This document shows positions 36,543 to 46,421 of a stretch of DNA of 64,000 nucleotides, in pieces. The DNA is from Saprospiraceae bacterium (GTDB lineage Bacteria; Bacteroidota; Bacteroidia; Chitinophagales; Saprospiraceae). The notes below the pieces were generated by a model. It was given only the letters and a program-made list of their open reading frames with translations, did not search any database and was not told the origin of the DNA. The DNA lies in the NCBI GenBank assembly GCA_047629355.1, contig JBLHWU010000002.1, positions 948 through 64,947 of the forward strand, read 5' to 3'. The translations under genes and the position numbers were made by a program. How positions within the stretch are numbered: the first letter of the stretch is position 1; the number at the start of each line of letters is the position of its first letter.

Positions 36543-37975
36543 CATAGCCGTCAGGCTAACAGCTTAATAATTTGCCACGATGATAATTCTGGCGGTTGTC
36601 CTTTAAGTTTTCGGACATCCTTTTTAGCTCTTTTTATCAAAGAATTAGCTATTCTATCTACCCACCGCATTAATTTATTCCCTTTTTGCAAAAGAGCATC
36701 TGCTAATTCAGAAAGTTTATTCTTAACGATTTTTGCCACTTTCATTGGACTTAATTCAAACTCACTTTCATCCCACAAAACTGTCCAAATTTATTGTGAA
36801 TATGTAAAGACAACAAAATCGCAATTAATTTGTAATAGATATAGCATTCAAATCTAAAAATGCTCATCTTTTTTACCTTGTCTATTTCAAATACTGATTT
36901 CCATATTTTGAAAATTAATTCTATTTGCCAACGCAAAGTATAGACGATTCTTACCATTGATGCGGGAAGCATTTCCTGAGTGGCATTAGTGATATACATA
37001 TTGAAAAAGCACATTGCTTTTCTTTGCTCACTGATGGTTAAATTCTTGTGTTTACTAGCATATTGTTCCAGCTTCTTTAGCCTTTTTATTGCTACTTCTT
37101 CTGGTACGGCTTGCATAATAAGCCGAGTTTTAACCTTTGTTCGTCCCCATCCAATATAAACGTCGGTTAATTCTTTGGTTTGCCCCTTTTTTGGAAGATG
37201 TTCGGATATATCTAAACGAACAAATTCTCCTTTTTCATTTAATTGACTATAAACAGCATTAGTTTTACTTCTACTTAAAAAGTATGCATTATTCTCTGCT
37301 ACGCTATTTAAATAATTCAAATCTAAGTAACCTAAATCTCTGATATAAAAACCATTGGCTTGTATCGTCTCTGTTTTACCTAATTTATATAAATTGTCAT
37401 GAGCTACTCCGTCGGTTAGTGCTAAATCAACCACTTCTCCGTTGAGTAAATTATAATTAAAGTGCATTTTTATAATTGCCGCACCTCCATTGCCAGTATA
37501 GCCTGTATAAAAGCAGATAACGAGGCAGGAATTTGAAAAGAGGTTGAATCCGTTAATTGTATTCTACTAAACGGTAATTTCAAATCTCTATCAATTACTC
37601 CTTCATTAACGATTTGCAAAATTCTATTGAAACAACTTTGCATAAATTTAACTGCATCTGTATTGTATCTCTCATCTAAAGACTGCTTAGTCATATCTAT
37701 ATCAAAGTGGTCTACTAACCAATCACAGCAGTCATTTAGGCTTCTTTCTTGACCATCAGCAGAATCAAAAACGTTCATCATCAAAAATGACTGCCCAGTT
37801 AACCCAGACCTAACTCCTTTGAATAAAATTAGTTTGACGAGCAAGTTTCTCAAGACTTTCCTCATCAAAGCAGCTTCTTAATTCTCTCATTAATGTTCTT
37901 TGTTCAAATTTTTCTATTTGCATAGCGTTTTTATACAAATTTACTACTTTTGATATTCTTAGCCTGACGGCTATG
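36543..37975 (-). mobile_element. IS4-family insertion sequence (1433 bp) with 17-bp terminal inverted repeats and a perfect 10-bp target-site duplication
   Basis: IRs CATAGCCGTCAGGCTAA (36543-36559) and TTAGCCTGACGGCTATG (37959-37975). Flanking direct repeats GTTGAGGTAC at 36533-36542 and 37976-37985. Confidence 0.9.
36551..37923 (-). pseudogene. IS4-family DDE transposase split into four frames
   Basis: Pieces 37923-37810, 37868-37470, 37467-36751 and 36778-36551. YREK signature YTLRWQIELIFKIWK. An alternate frame near 37500 reads FYTGYTGNGGGAAIIKMHF, showing an indel. Confidence 0.85.
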
Positions 37976-37995
37976 GTTGAGGTACTTAAAATATT

Positions 37996-38238
37996 GGTAG
38001 TGCCACAAATGTGCACTTTTACAGTTTAGGTGCTTTTGTTTATCAAAGGGGTTTTTAAGGGATAAAAACGATTTTATCCCTTAATACCCCTCCCGCGTTG
38101 CCGCAGGCAACGCGCACGGTGTTTTTTGAAGCTCGAAAGCCTTGCAGTTTTCTCGCTTCTCAAACTTAAAAGAACCTTCGTTTACACGGTAATCAATCAC
38201 TTTTTCAATAAATGATGGTGCACATTTGCTACAGTACC
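37996..38238 (-). mobile_element. MITE family D, copy 3 (inverted), 8-bp TSD AAAATATT
   Basis: Same termini as copies 1 and 2. Direct repeats at 37988-37995 and 38239-38246. It contains the full three-hairpin core. Confidence 0.85.
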
Positions 38239-38325
38239 AAAATATTTTTGACCACCTTTGATAAACTAATTCACAAATCATTCGTCTCACAAATTTTGCA
38301 TTGCCCTTTTCAATAAAAAATATTC

Positions 38326-41130
38326 ATGAAAAATATTTACCTCATTCTGTTTCTATTTTCTTCAACTGCTGCTTTCGCGCAAAACTTCTCCATTTCTGGA
38401 AAAGTTGTTGCTAAAAAAACACAAGTCCCAATGTCCGTTGCCCTCATTGCTTTAGCGCATCCTTGGGGCGAAGTTTTTAAATCAGATGTGGCAAAAGCTA
38501 ATGGCAATTTTGAATTAACAGACATTGGAATGGGTGGCTATTTATTGAAAATATCGTTCCTCGGTTATCAAGATTTCCAGCAAGAGGTGACTATTTCTAA
38601 TGAAAATATTACGCTGGGTCAGATTGAATTAATTGAAAACGCTTTAGAACTGGAAGGCGTCGAAGTTACCGCAAAAATTCCCCTCGCAACCATAGACGGC
38701 GACACCACTTCTTATAATGCAGACGCCTACAAAACGCTGGCAGATGCGAGTGCCGAAGATTTGATTGAAAAAATGCCGGGCGTAGTCATCAAAGATGGAA
38801 AAGTACAAGCACAAGGCGAAGATATTACGGAAGTTTTAGTGGATGGCAAGCCATTTTTTGGCAATGACCCAACGGCGGCTTTGCGTAATTTACCCGCCGA
38901 GGTGATTGATAAAATCCAAGTATTTGACCAAAAAAGTGAACAAGCGCAATTCAGTGGTTTCGATGACGGCGAGACTTCTAAAACCATCAATATCATCACC
39001 AAAACCAATCGAAGGAATGGGCAATTCGGTAAAGTTTACGCAGGTTACGGCACGGACGACCGCTATCAGATAGGCGGCAATGCCAGTTTGTTTGATGGCA
39101 ATCGACGCATTTCTATCATCGGACAAAGCAACAATATCAATCAACAAAATTTTTCTACGGAAGACTTATTAGGCGTCGTTGGTTCGGGGGGCAAAAACAG
39201 GCGCGGAGATAGAAGTGGACGTGGTCGCGGCAGACGAGGCGGTAGTTCGGGCGGCAACGTCAATGATTTCTTAGTGCAACAATCAGGCGGCATCACGCAA
39301 ACGCATGCTTTTGGATTGAATTATTCAGATAAATGGGGCGAGAAATTCAATGTTTCTGGTAGCTATTTCTTCAATTATTCTGACAATGAATCAGATGGGT
39401 TTGCCAATACTGAATACGTTGATAGTGAATCCGTCAGCGAATTTTATACAGAAAATAGTACGTCTGAAAGTCAAAATACCAATCATCGAATCAATCTACG
39501 TTTGGAGTATCAAATTGATTCGACCAATTCGATTTCCATACGCCCGCGCATTACTTGGCAGCTGAATGATGGTTTCGCATTAACTGACAATCAAGGTCTT
39601 TTGGGAACAGATATTTTAAGCCAAGCAAATAGTGATTTTCGGTCAGATTTGACGGGTTTGGATTTTAGCAATAGTCTTTTATTTCGACATAAATTCAAGA
39701 AGCGAGGACGGACTTTTTCCATCAATTTAAAGACGGGCTATAAAGACCAATCAGGCGAAAGTTTTTTAAATTCAAAAACTGCCTTTTTTACGCCACCTGA
39801 ATCTTTAGATACGCTTGACCAATTCGCTAATTTGAACGTTACTGGTGGTAATTTATCCACCAATTTATCTTACACCGAACCGTTGAGTGAAAAGAGTAGT
39901 TTGCTATTCAATTATCGGACAAGTATGCAGCAGGACCAATCCGAAAAATCAACTTTTGACCTCGAAAACCAATCAGATGAATACGTACTTTTCAACGAAG
40001 AATTGAGTAGCGATTTTGATAATTATTACTATAAGCAGCAGATTGGTGGTGGTTATAATTTCCGGGAAGGACGCGACCTTTTTATTCTCGCACGTGCCAA
40101 TTTGCAATGGTCAAAATTAGAGAGTAAGGAAACCTTTCCAACCATAAACAACCTTAGTCGAACATACTATAATGTACTCCCATTTTTCATGATTAAACGA
40201 AGTTTTTCCAAACAAGAAAACCTTCGTTTCTTCTATCGTTCCAATACACAATCACCAAGTATCGAACAAGTCCAAAACGTACTGGACAACAGCAATCCGC
40301 TACAATTATCGATTGGAAACCCAGCACTTGACCAAACTTATTCGCATCAATTGAATGCTCGATATTCTAAAACCAATACCGATAAGGCGACCATTTTATA
40401 TGCGATGATTGGCGCAACTTATACCGATGATTTTATTTCAAATGCAACCTATTTAGAAAATACGAATGCCGCTGTTTTTAATCAAATTATGTTGCAACCT
40501 GGCACGCAATTATCACAGCCCGTCAATTTAGATAAATACTGGAATTTCCGTACTTATTTTACTTATGGAATGCCCTTGGGGAAACTTAAAACCAACCTCA
40601 ATTTGGACGCAAATGCCAACTATACCCGCACGCCAGGTTTGATAAACGATGTTTTAAATTATTCTAAAAATGCAACGGCAGGATTGGGCATTACTTTCAG
40701 TAGCAATATTAATGAAAAAATAGATTTTACCTTTTCGACTCGAACGACTTATAATGTGGTTGAGAATACCGTACAAGCCAATGGTAATTCTAAATATTGG
40801 CAGCAAAAATCAAGACTAAAATTAGGTTGGATTTTGCCAAAAGGCATTATCATTCGGACGGATTTGACGCATCAATTTTACAATGGTTTATCCGATGGTT
40901 TCAACCAAAATTATACACTTTGGAATGCTGCGATTGGTAAAAAATTATTTAACAATGAAAGAGGAGAAATTGCGCTAACGGCTTTTGATTTGCTCTCAGA
41001 AAATCAGTCAATCACTCGAAATGTAACCGAAATAGCGATTGAAGATGTACAAACGACCGTTTTACAGCGTTATTTTATGCTAAAATTCACGTATAATTTT
41101 AGAAATTGGAATACTGGAGGAGGACGATAA
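38326..41130 (+). CDS. Outer-membrane beta-barrel / TonB-dependent-receptor-like protein with carboxypeptidase-regulatory-like N-domain
   Basis: Signal peptide, FSISGKVV...LKISFLGYQ (CarbopepD_reg-like), a plug-like region, a Gly/Arg-rich loop, a long beta-strand-rich body and C-terminal ...LKFTYNF. Confidence 0.75.
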   Translation: MKNIYLILFLFSSTAAFAQNFSISGKVVAKKTQVPMSVALIALAHPWGEVFKSDVAKANGNFELTDIGMGGYLLKISFLGYQDFQQEVTISNENITLGQIELIENALELEGVEVTAKIPLATIDGDTTSYNADAYKTLADASAEDLIEKMPGVVIKDGKVQAQGEDITEVLVDGKPFFGNDPTAALRNLPAEVIDKIQVFDQKSEQAQFSGFDDGETSKTINIITKTNRRNGQFGKVYAGYGTDDRYQIGGNASLFDGNRRISIIGQSNNINQQNFSTEDLLGVVGSGGKNRRGDRSGRGRGRRGGSSGGNVNDFLVQQSGGITQTHAFGLNYSDKWGEKFNVSGSYFFNYSDNESDGFANTEYVDSESVSEFYTENSTSESQNTNHRINLRLEYQIDSTNSISIRPRITWQLNDGFALTDNQGLLGTDILSQANSDFRSDLTGLDFSNSLLFRHKFKKRGRTFSINLKTGYKDQSGESFLNSKTAFFTPPESLDTLDQFANLNVTGGNLSTNLSYTEPLSEKSSLLFNYRTSMQQDQSEKSTFDLENQSDEYVLFNEELSSDFDNYYYKQQIGGGYNFREGRDLFILARANLQWSKLESKETFPTINNLSRTYYNVLPFFMIKRSFSKQENLRFFYRSNTQSPSIEQVQNVLDNSNPLQLSIGNPALDQTYSHQLNARYSKTNTDKATILYAMIGATYTDDFISNATYLENTNAAVFNQIMLQPGTQLSQPVNLDKYWNFRTYFTYGMPLGKLKTNLNLDANANYTRTPGLINDVLNYSKNATAGLGITFSSNINEKIDFTFSTRTTYNVVENTVQANGNSKYWQQKSRLKLGWILPKGIIIRTDLTHQFYNGLSDGFNQNYTLWNAAIGKKLFNNERGEIALTAFDLLSENQSITRNVTEIAIEDVQTTVLQRYFMLKFTYNFRNWNTGGGR

Positions 41131-41133
41131 AGT

Positions 41134-41466
41134 CTAATTCTGCGTCACCACTCGTTCCATCAAAACCACATAACCCGCATCTAAAATATTAATCAACTCT
41201 TCCCCACTCTCTTCTAAAGAGGTCAAGAAACCCCGCAACAATTCGCCATAATCTTCGGGTTGAATGGTAAAACCTGCCTCTTCATTAGCAATTGCCAAAA
41301 AAGTTGCCCAATGTTTCATTTGCACGCTGAGATTGTTCATTTTATACAATTCTTCACTGGGATTTACAAAATCTGGGCGGTCGGTCAAAGCAGAAATACT
41401 ATAAAATTTGTCGAACATCGTGTTCAATGCCACCTTCATTTGGTGGTTGATAATAACCTCTTGCAT
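41134..41466 (-). CDS. Hypothetical protein, 110 aa
   Basis: Clean ORF downstream of the GT2 gene on the same strand. I recognise no family. Confidence 0.45.
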   Translation of the reverse strand: MQEVIINHQMKVALNTMFDKFYSISALTDRPDFVNPSEELYKMNNLSVQMKHWATFLAIANEEAGFTIQPEDYGELLRGFLTSLEESGEELINILDAGYVVLMERVVTQN

Positions 41467-41563
41467 GAATTATAATTTTAGGTAAAACAAGGGAGCTAAT
41501 CTAATAATTGCAAAAAGGAAGCCAAGTCAGTCTAAAAGCATTTTTTTAAGTAACGCGCGGTAA

Positions 41564-42253
41564 TTAATTCAACATACCCTTGTAAAGTTTTGACAAAAAA
41601 TTAGGCGAAATGCCAATTCGAAAAAGAAAAAATACCAAAACATTCGCCACTTGTACCCGCAAATAACTATTGTTTTTAAACTTCCGTGCCGACACCGTCG
41701 CGTTCTTTTTAACCACGTGCATTTTGTACTTTTTCTTGGCGCGCCATACGAAATCGAAGTCTTCCATAATGGGTAAATCTTCTTTAAATCGATTCAATTC
41801 ATAAAAAGTATCCCGTCCGATAAACATTGTTTGGTCACCACCTCCAGCAACCATCCAATCGAACTTATTCAGCAGCGCATTAAACTTTAAGGACTTTTTT
41901 TCTGAGTCAAAATTGTAGCAGAAACAACCAAATTTATGCCCCGCCTCCAACGATTGCACAATATCCGCCAAGCAACTCACCGGTGGCAGCACATCCGCAT
42001 GAACAAAATACAGCACCTCGCCCGTCGAATTCTTCACCGCATAATTCATTTGTACCGCACGCCCACACTCCGGTGATTGCAGCACGGTCGCGCCTGCTTC
42101 CCGCGCCAATTTTTGCGTAGTATCTTGACTACCCGCATCACAAACAATAATTTCTTCCAAGTAATTTTGATGAGACAATACCTTTAAATGATTGACTAAA
42201 CGACCAATATTTTTCTCTTCGTTCAGCGTCGGAATGATGATGCTAATTTTCAT
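41564..42253 (-). CDS. Family-2 glycosyltransferase (TIGR04283-like by recollection)
   Basis: Start at MKISIIIPTLNEEKNI. Also ...IVCDAGSQD...YFVHADV. Confidence 0.7.
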   Translation of the reverse strand: MKISIIIPTLNEEKNIGRLVNHLKVLSHQNYLEEIIVCDAGSQDTTQKLAREAGATVLQSPECGRAVQMNYAVKNSTGEVLYFVHADVLPPVSCLADIVQSLEAGHKFGCFCYNFDSEKKSLKFNALLNKFDWMVAGGGDQTMFIGRDTFYELNRFKEDLPIMEDFDFVWRAKKKYKMHVVKKNATVSARKFKNNSYLRVQVANVLVFFLFRIGISPNFLSKLYKGMLN

Positions 42254-42484
42254 GCAATAATTATTCTTGGATATTCTTTTTATATTAGATACGGTGAAGA
42301 GCATATTTTAGGTATCATAAAGGTCTAAAAATTCAAGAGAAGCGAGAACAAGGAAGTATAAAATTTAAAAATTTGTTATAGGTTTGATTTAAAAATTTGA
42401 GAAGAAGTCTCTGAAAAGACCTTTATTGTTGAGCAAATATGAATTTCAAGTGTTTATTAGGAAAAGTTAAATCAATTAAAATTT

Positions 42485-43255
42485 ATGAAAATTCAAACAT
42501 TTTCCATCCTTATAGCTCTTTTTCTAATAAACGGAAAATCTCTTTTTGGACAAGTAAAAACTTACGCCAATCTATCTTATCGACTCGTTCAAGACATTCG
42601 CGACGAAAAAGATGTTTCTAAAATATTGGACAGTTTGCAAAATGTCCAACCCGATATTTTAGCTAAAGAATTAGATAACGATGAAGCGAAACTCGCATTT
42701 TGGATAAATGTTTACAATGCGCACATTCAGATTATTTTAGTTAAAAATCCTGAGAAATTTGATGACCGAGGTACGTTTTTTAAAATCCCTCAGTTTTATA
42801 TTGCTTGCCAACAGCTTAGTTTTGAAGATGTCGAACACGGCATTATTCGGCACACGAAAGCACCGTTAGGATTGGGTTATTTGCCTGCATGGTTTCCTGG
42901 GAAGTACGAACGAAAAATGCGTGCCAGCAAAGCAGACGGTCGCGTACATTTTGCCTTGAATTGTGGCGCAAAATCTTGTCCACCCCTCGCTGCCTACGAT
43001 TATCGGCGAATGAATAAGCAGTTGGACTTGATTTCTGAGCAGTATTTAAATAATTATTCGACTTATAATGAAACCAAAAATGTAGTCTATATTCCTCGTT
43101 TTTTGCAGTGGTTTAGTGCAGATTTTGGTTGGTTCAAAAGTGGAAAAAGGAAATTTCTAGTGAAGCATGGCGCAATCCCAAAAGGGACAAAACCGAAAAT
43201 GAAACTTAATGAGTATGATTGGACGTTGTTGCTAGATAATTTTACAGAAGTCTAA
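42485..43255 (+). CDS. DUF547 domain protein
   Basis: LAFWINVYNAHI...VHFALNCGAKSCPPL matches my memory of DUF547. Confidence 0.7.
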   Translation: MKIQTFSILIALFLINGKSLFGQVKTYANLSYRLVQDIRDEKDVSKILDSLQNVQPDILAKELDNDEAKLAFWINVYNAHIQIILVKNPEKFDDRGTFFKIPQFYIACQQLSFEDVEHGIIRHTKAPLGLGYLPAWFPGKYERKMRASKADGRVHFALNCGAKSCPPLAAYDYRRMNKQLDLISEQYLNNYSTYNETKNVVYIPRFLQWFSADFGWFKSGKRKFLVKHGAIPKGTKPKMKLNEYDWTLLLDNFTEV

Positions 43256-43454
43256 ATGATTTTCTACTGACAAAAACAGTTATTTTTATTAAATTTGCAC
43301 CCATTTTAAAGCAATAACCTCCTGTGTTTTATGTTTTAAAAAGGTCAAATTGCTATAATATTTTTTACAATTGATTTATGTGCCTAATCTTTGTGATTAG
43401 TTTTGTAGTTACTACGCGTTACTTATCATCATGCTCTTTTAAAAATTTAAAACT

Positions 43455-44099
43455 ATGTTTAAAAAAACGTTTAAAAAAAACAGCGGCATTTACATTATTA
43501 TAATGTTTTGTGTCATTTTCACAACTGACTTAAGTGCCCAAAACCGATTTAAAGCTGGTGTAGTGGCAGGCATTAATGTCGCTCAGATTCGCGGTGACGA
43601 CACGGGCGGTTTTAATAAAGCTGGCCTTGTTGCTGGAATTCGAGCCATTACCATTTTGCAAGAAAAAATGGATGTGAGCCTTGAACTATTGTATAGCCAA
43701 CGTGGTAGTCGCACGAATAAAGCCGAGGAAAATCTCTTTCGAGATGTTGAGATTGACCTCAATTATATCGAAGTGCCGGTCTTGTTTAACTACAAAGATT
43801 GGCTCAATGAAGAAGATAATTTTTACCATGTTCAAGCCAGTATTGGCTTTGCATATTCGCGCCTAATCAGTGCGGCAGCGGCGGGTTTTACAAATGAACA
43901 CGAAAATGAAATAGAAAACTTCAACGACGATGATTTTAGTTTTGTGGTTGGGGCAGAGTATTTTATCACTCCAAAATTTAGCATCAGTGGTCGATGGGCT
44001 ACCTCTATTAATTTATTATACGATAATGAAAAACACAATCCAAATATCAATGGATTGCGCGGACATTTCTTATCTTTCCGAACGAATTATCTCTTTTAA
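43455..44099 (+). CDS. Small outer-membrane beta-barrel (porin-family/OMP_b-brl-like) protein
   Basis: Signal peptide, alternating-strand pattern, C-terminal ...FLSFRTNYLF. Confidence 0.7.
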   Translation: MFKKTFKKNSGIYIIIMFCVIFTTDLSAQNRFKAGVVAGINVAQIRGDDTGGFNKAGLVAGIRAITILQEKMDVSLELLYSQRGSRTNKAEENLFRDVEIDLNYIEVPVLFNYKDWLNEEDNFYHVQASIGFAYSRLISAAAAGFTNEHENEIENFNDDDFSFVVGAEYFITPKFSISGRWATSINLLYDNEKHNPNINGLRGHFLSFRTNYLF

Positions 44100-44102
44100 C
44101 GT

Positions 44103-44200
44103 GCGAGTTACGGGTTGCGGGTTACGAGCTGCGGGTTGCTAATAGAAGTAGGTATACTTCTGTTGGCAACTCGCAACTCGTAACCCACAACTCGCAACCC
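44103..44200. repeat. Long imperfect hairpin built from GGGTTGCG/GGGTTACGAG-type units; probable terminator
   Basis: Arms gggttacgagctgcgggttgc / gcaactcgcaactcgtaaccc around an inner hairpin agaagta..tacttct. Confidence 0.6.
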
Positions 44201-44217
44201 ATCTAACTTTACACAAT

Positions 44218-44742
44218 ATGCGTTTTTTACCTTTGTTGTTGCTGACCTTTTTGTGGTCTTGTACGGATTCAACTAATCAAGAACCTACAACAGAAACGAC
44301 TCCAGCTACCAATCCAGCACCTGTTCCAGCGGCAAAATTGGAAGCGATTTATCCTGCTTATCCTGTAGAAAAACTCCAGTATTTATTTGAAAATTCTGAT
44401 TACATAGATTATGTTTTCTACGAATTGCCGATGAGTATGAGTTTGAGTGAAAAAGCAAGTATCCAATATTCCATTAGCCATGTTTCGGCGGAACAAGCAC
44501 CAATTAACGCCAATTGTAAATCGCTTGGACGTATTTTTTATCAATTAAAAGGGGAGAATGTTGCAGAAGCGGAAATTGTTTTCAATGCGCCAGAACAGTG
44601 TTCTTATTTCGTTTTTTATGACAATGGTAAAAAGACCTATGCCAATCAAATGACAGAAGCAGGGATAAAATATTTGCAGCAAAATATTATGAATGCCGTT
44701 AAAAGTATGCAGCAGGCGCAAGGACAAGGACAAGGACAATAA
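44218..44742 (+). CDS. Hypothetical lipoprotein
   Basis: Lipobox FLWSCTD, Thr/Pro-rich linker, C-terminal GQGQGQGQ. Confidence 0.55.
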   Translation: MRFLPLLLLTFLWSCTDSTNQEPTTETTPATNPAPVPAAKLEAIYPAYPVEKLQYLFENSDYIDYVFYELPMSMSLSEKASIQYSISHVSAEQAPINANCKSLGRIFYQLKGENVAEAEIVFNAPEQCSYFVFYDNGKKTYANQMTEAGIKYLQQNIMNAVKSMQQAQGQGQGQ

Positions 44743-44859
44743 ATTCCAGTTTTAGAAAGTAAATACGAATCATCCCGAATTTTAAACTGTAGAAATTCGG
44801 AACAATTAAGTTCAATTTTTTACTGCAAACTCAATAGATTTTTCAGATTGATTGTGACT

Positions 44860-44988
44860 AAAGGGAGTTTGAGGGATAAAAGTGGTTTACAAAACCGCTT
44901 TTATCCCTCAAAACCCCACTCGCGATGCCGCAGGCAGCGCGCATTGTATTTTTTAAAGCTCGAAAATCTTGCGATTTTCTCGCTGCTT
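44860..44988 (+). repeat. Three-hairpin core repeat, copy f
   Basis: AAAGGGAGTTTGAGGGATAAAAGTGG..CCGCTTTTATCCCTCAAAACCCC, cgcgatgccgcaggcagcgcg, gctcgaaaatcttgcgattttctcgc. Confidence 0.8.
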
Positions 44989-45060
44989 AATTTTTTAGCA
45001 ACCTCTTGTTGCCATTTACTACTTCATGCTGATTTTTTTTATTAAAATTCTGCTGTGTTC

Positions 45061-45124
45061 CTATGGAATTTAAAAGGGGGAATAAATTTTTTTTTAAATT
45101 TATTCCCCCTTTTAAATTCCATAG
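45061..45124. terminator. Long perfect palindrome (29-bp arms) downstream of gcvT
   Basis: CTATGGAATTTAAAAGGGGGAATAAATTT / AAATTTATTCCCCCTTTTAAATTCCATAG. Confidence 0.6.
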
Positions 45125-45222
45125 CGGCGACTTGTATTTTATATAAAAACTAAATTTTTACGCCGCGAAATGCGCCAATCCTCTATTAATGAACGCTAAG
45201 GAATGCTAAACAGGCAATCCAC

Positions 45223-46329
45223 CTACCCTTTATAAAAGGGTGGTTTCACTACCTTGGCAGCCAATAGCTTCTTCCGCGCAACTATCTGTATTTCTGTTCC
45301 TTCTGTCGCAAATTCTACCGGTACGTAACCCATACCAATTGGTTTCTCCAAGGACGGAGACATCGTTCCAGAAGTGACAATTCCGATTTCGTTGCCGTAC
45401 ATATCTTCGATTGGATAATCGTGACGCGGTACTCGGCGGTCCGTTACTTCAAAGCCAACCAACTTTCGTTTGACACCTTCTGCTCGTTGTTTTTGAAAAA
45501 TTTCGACCGAGTTAAAGTCCCCTTTTTTCGTTTTGGTAATCCAACCCAAACCCGCTTCAATTGGCGAAGTCGTATCGCTAATGTCATTGCCGTACAACGC
45601 AAACCCCATTTCCAAACGCAACGTATCACGCGCGCCTAATCCAACAGGTTCGATGCCTTCTTCTTTTCCAGCTTCAAAAATAGCGTCCCATAAGGCAGCC
45701 AAATCCTTGGAACCGACATACAATTCAAATCCACCTGCACCTGTGTAGCCCGTTGCGGATAGGATGATATTTTCTAAACCTGCGATGCTTCCTTTTGTAA
45801 ATTTATAATATTTGATGGCAGACAAATCAACATCTGTCAATTTTTGTAAAACCTTCACGGCATTCGGTCCTTGTACCGCCAATAAGCCTGTGAAATCAGA
45901 AATGTTCGTCATTTCCGCCTCAAAATCGTTGTGTTGACTAATCCAATTCCAGTCTTTTTCGATGTTCGATGCGTTAACAACCAACATGAATGCTTTCTCG
46001 CCTTCTGAACATTTATCTTCGGGCAAACGATAGACTAAAAGGTCATCAACGACCCCGCCTTCATGGTTTGGCAAACACGAATATTGTGCATCTCCAATTT
46101 CTAATTTTGACGCATTATTGGAAGTTACTTTTTGAATTAAATCCAATGCCCCCTTTCCTTTAATGATGAATTCACCCATATGGGAAACATCAAAAACGCC
46201 AACATTTTGTCGAACGGCAGCGTGTTCTTCATTAATTCCCTTGTAAGAAATCGGCATGTTGTAGCCTGCGAATTCTGCCATTTTTGCACCGAGAGCGAGG
46301 TGTTTTTCTGTAAGTGGAGTGGTTTTCAT
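45223..46329 (-). CDS. gcvT: Glycine cleavage system aminomethyltransferase T
   Basis: [29 protein letters not shown]...[12 protein letters not shown]...GYTGAGGFE. Confidence 0.95.
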   Translation of the reverse strand: MKTTPLTEKHLALGAKMAEFAGYNMPISYKGINEEHAAVRQNVGVFDVSHMGEFIIKGKGALDLIQKVTSNNASKLEIGDAQYSCLPNHEGGVVDDLLVYRLPEDKCSEGEKAFMLVVNASNIEKDWNWISQHNDFEAEMTNISDFTGLLAVQGPNAVKVLQKLTDVDLSAIKYYKFTKGSIAGLENIILSATGYTGAGGFELYVGSKDLAALWDAIFEAGKEEGIEPVGLGARDTLRLEMGFALYGNDISDTTSPIEAGLGWITKTKKGDFNSVEIFQKQRAEGVKRKLVGFEVTDRRVPRHDYPIEDMYGNEIGIVTSGTMSPSLEKPIGMGYVPVEFATEGTEIQIVARKKLLAAKVVKPPFYKG

Positions 46330-46421
46330 TACTTTCTTAAATTTATAATTTGATTCTTATTTATCAAAAATTGTTCTTCATCTCCAAACAACCAATCAAC
46401 TAATAATCGGTCAATCGGTCC

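Noticed and set aside
36531-36857. ORF 36531..36857 on the plus strand.
   Set aside because: It is antisense to the IS4 transposase and starts outside the element.
46330-46421. Glycine riboswitch upstream of gcvT.
   Set aside because: Only about 90 nt of AT-rich spacer is available, and I could not find the conserved GGAGAG / CACCG-type cores.
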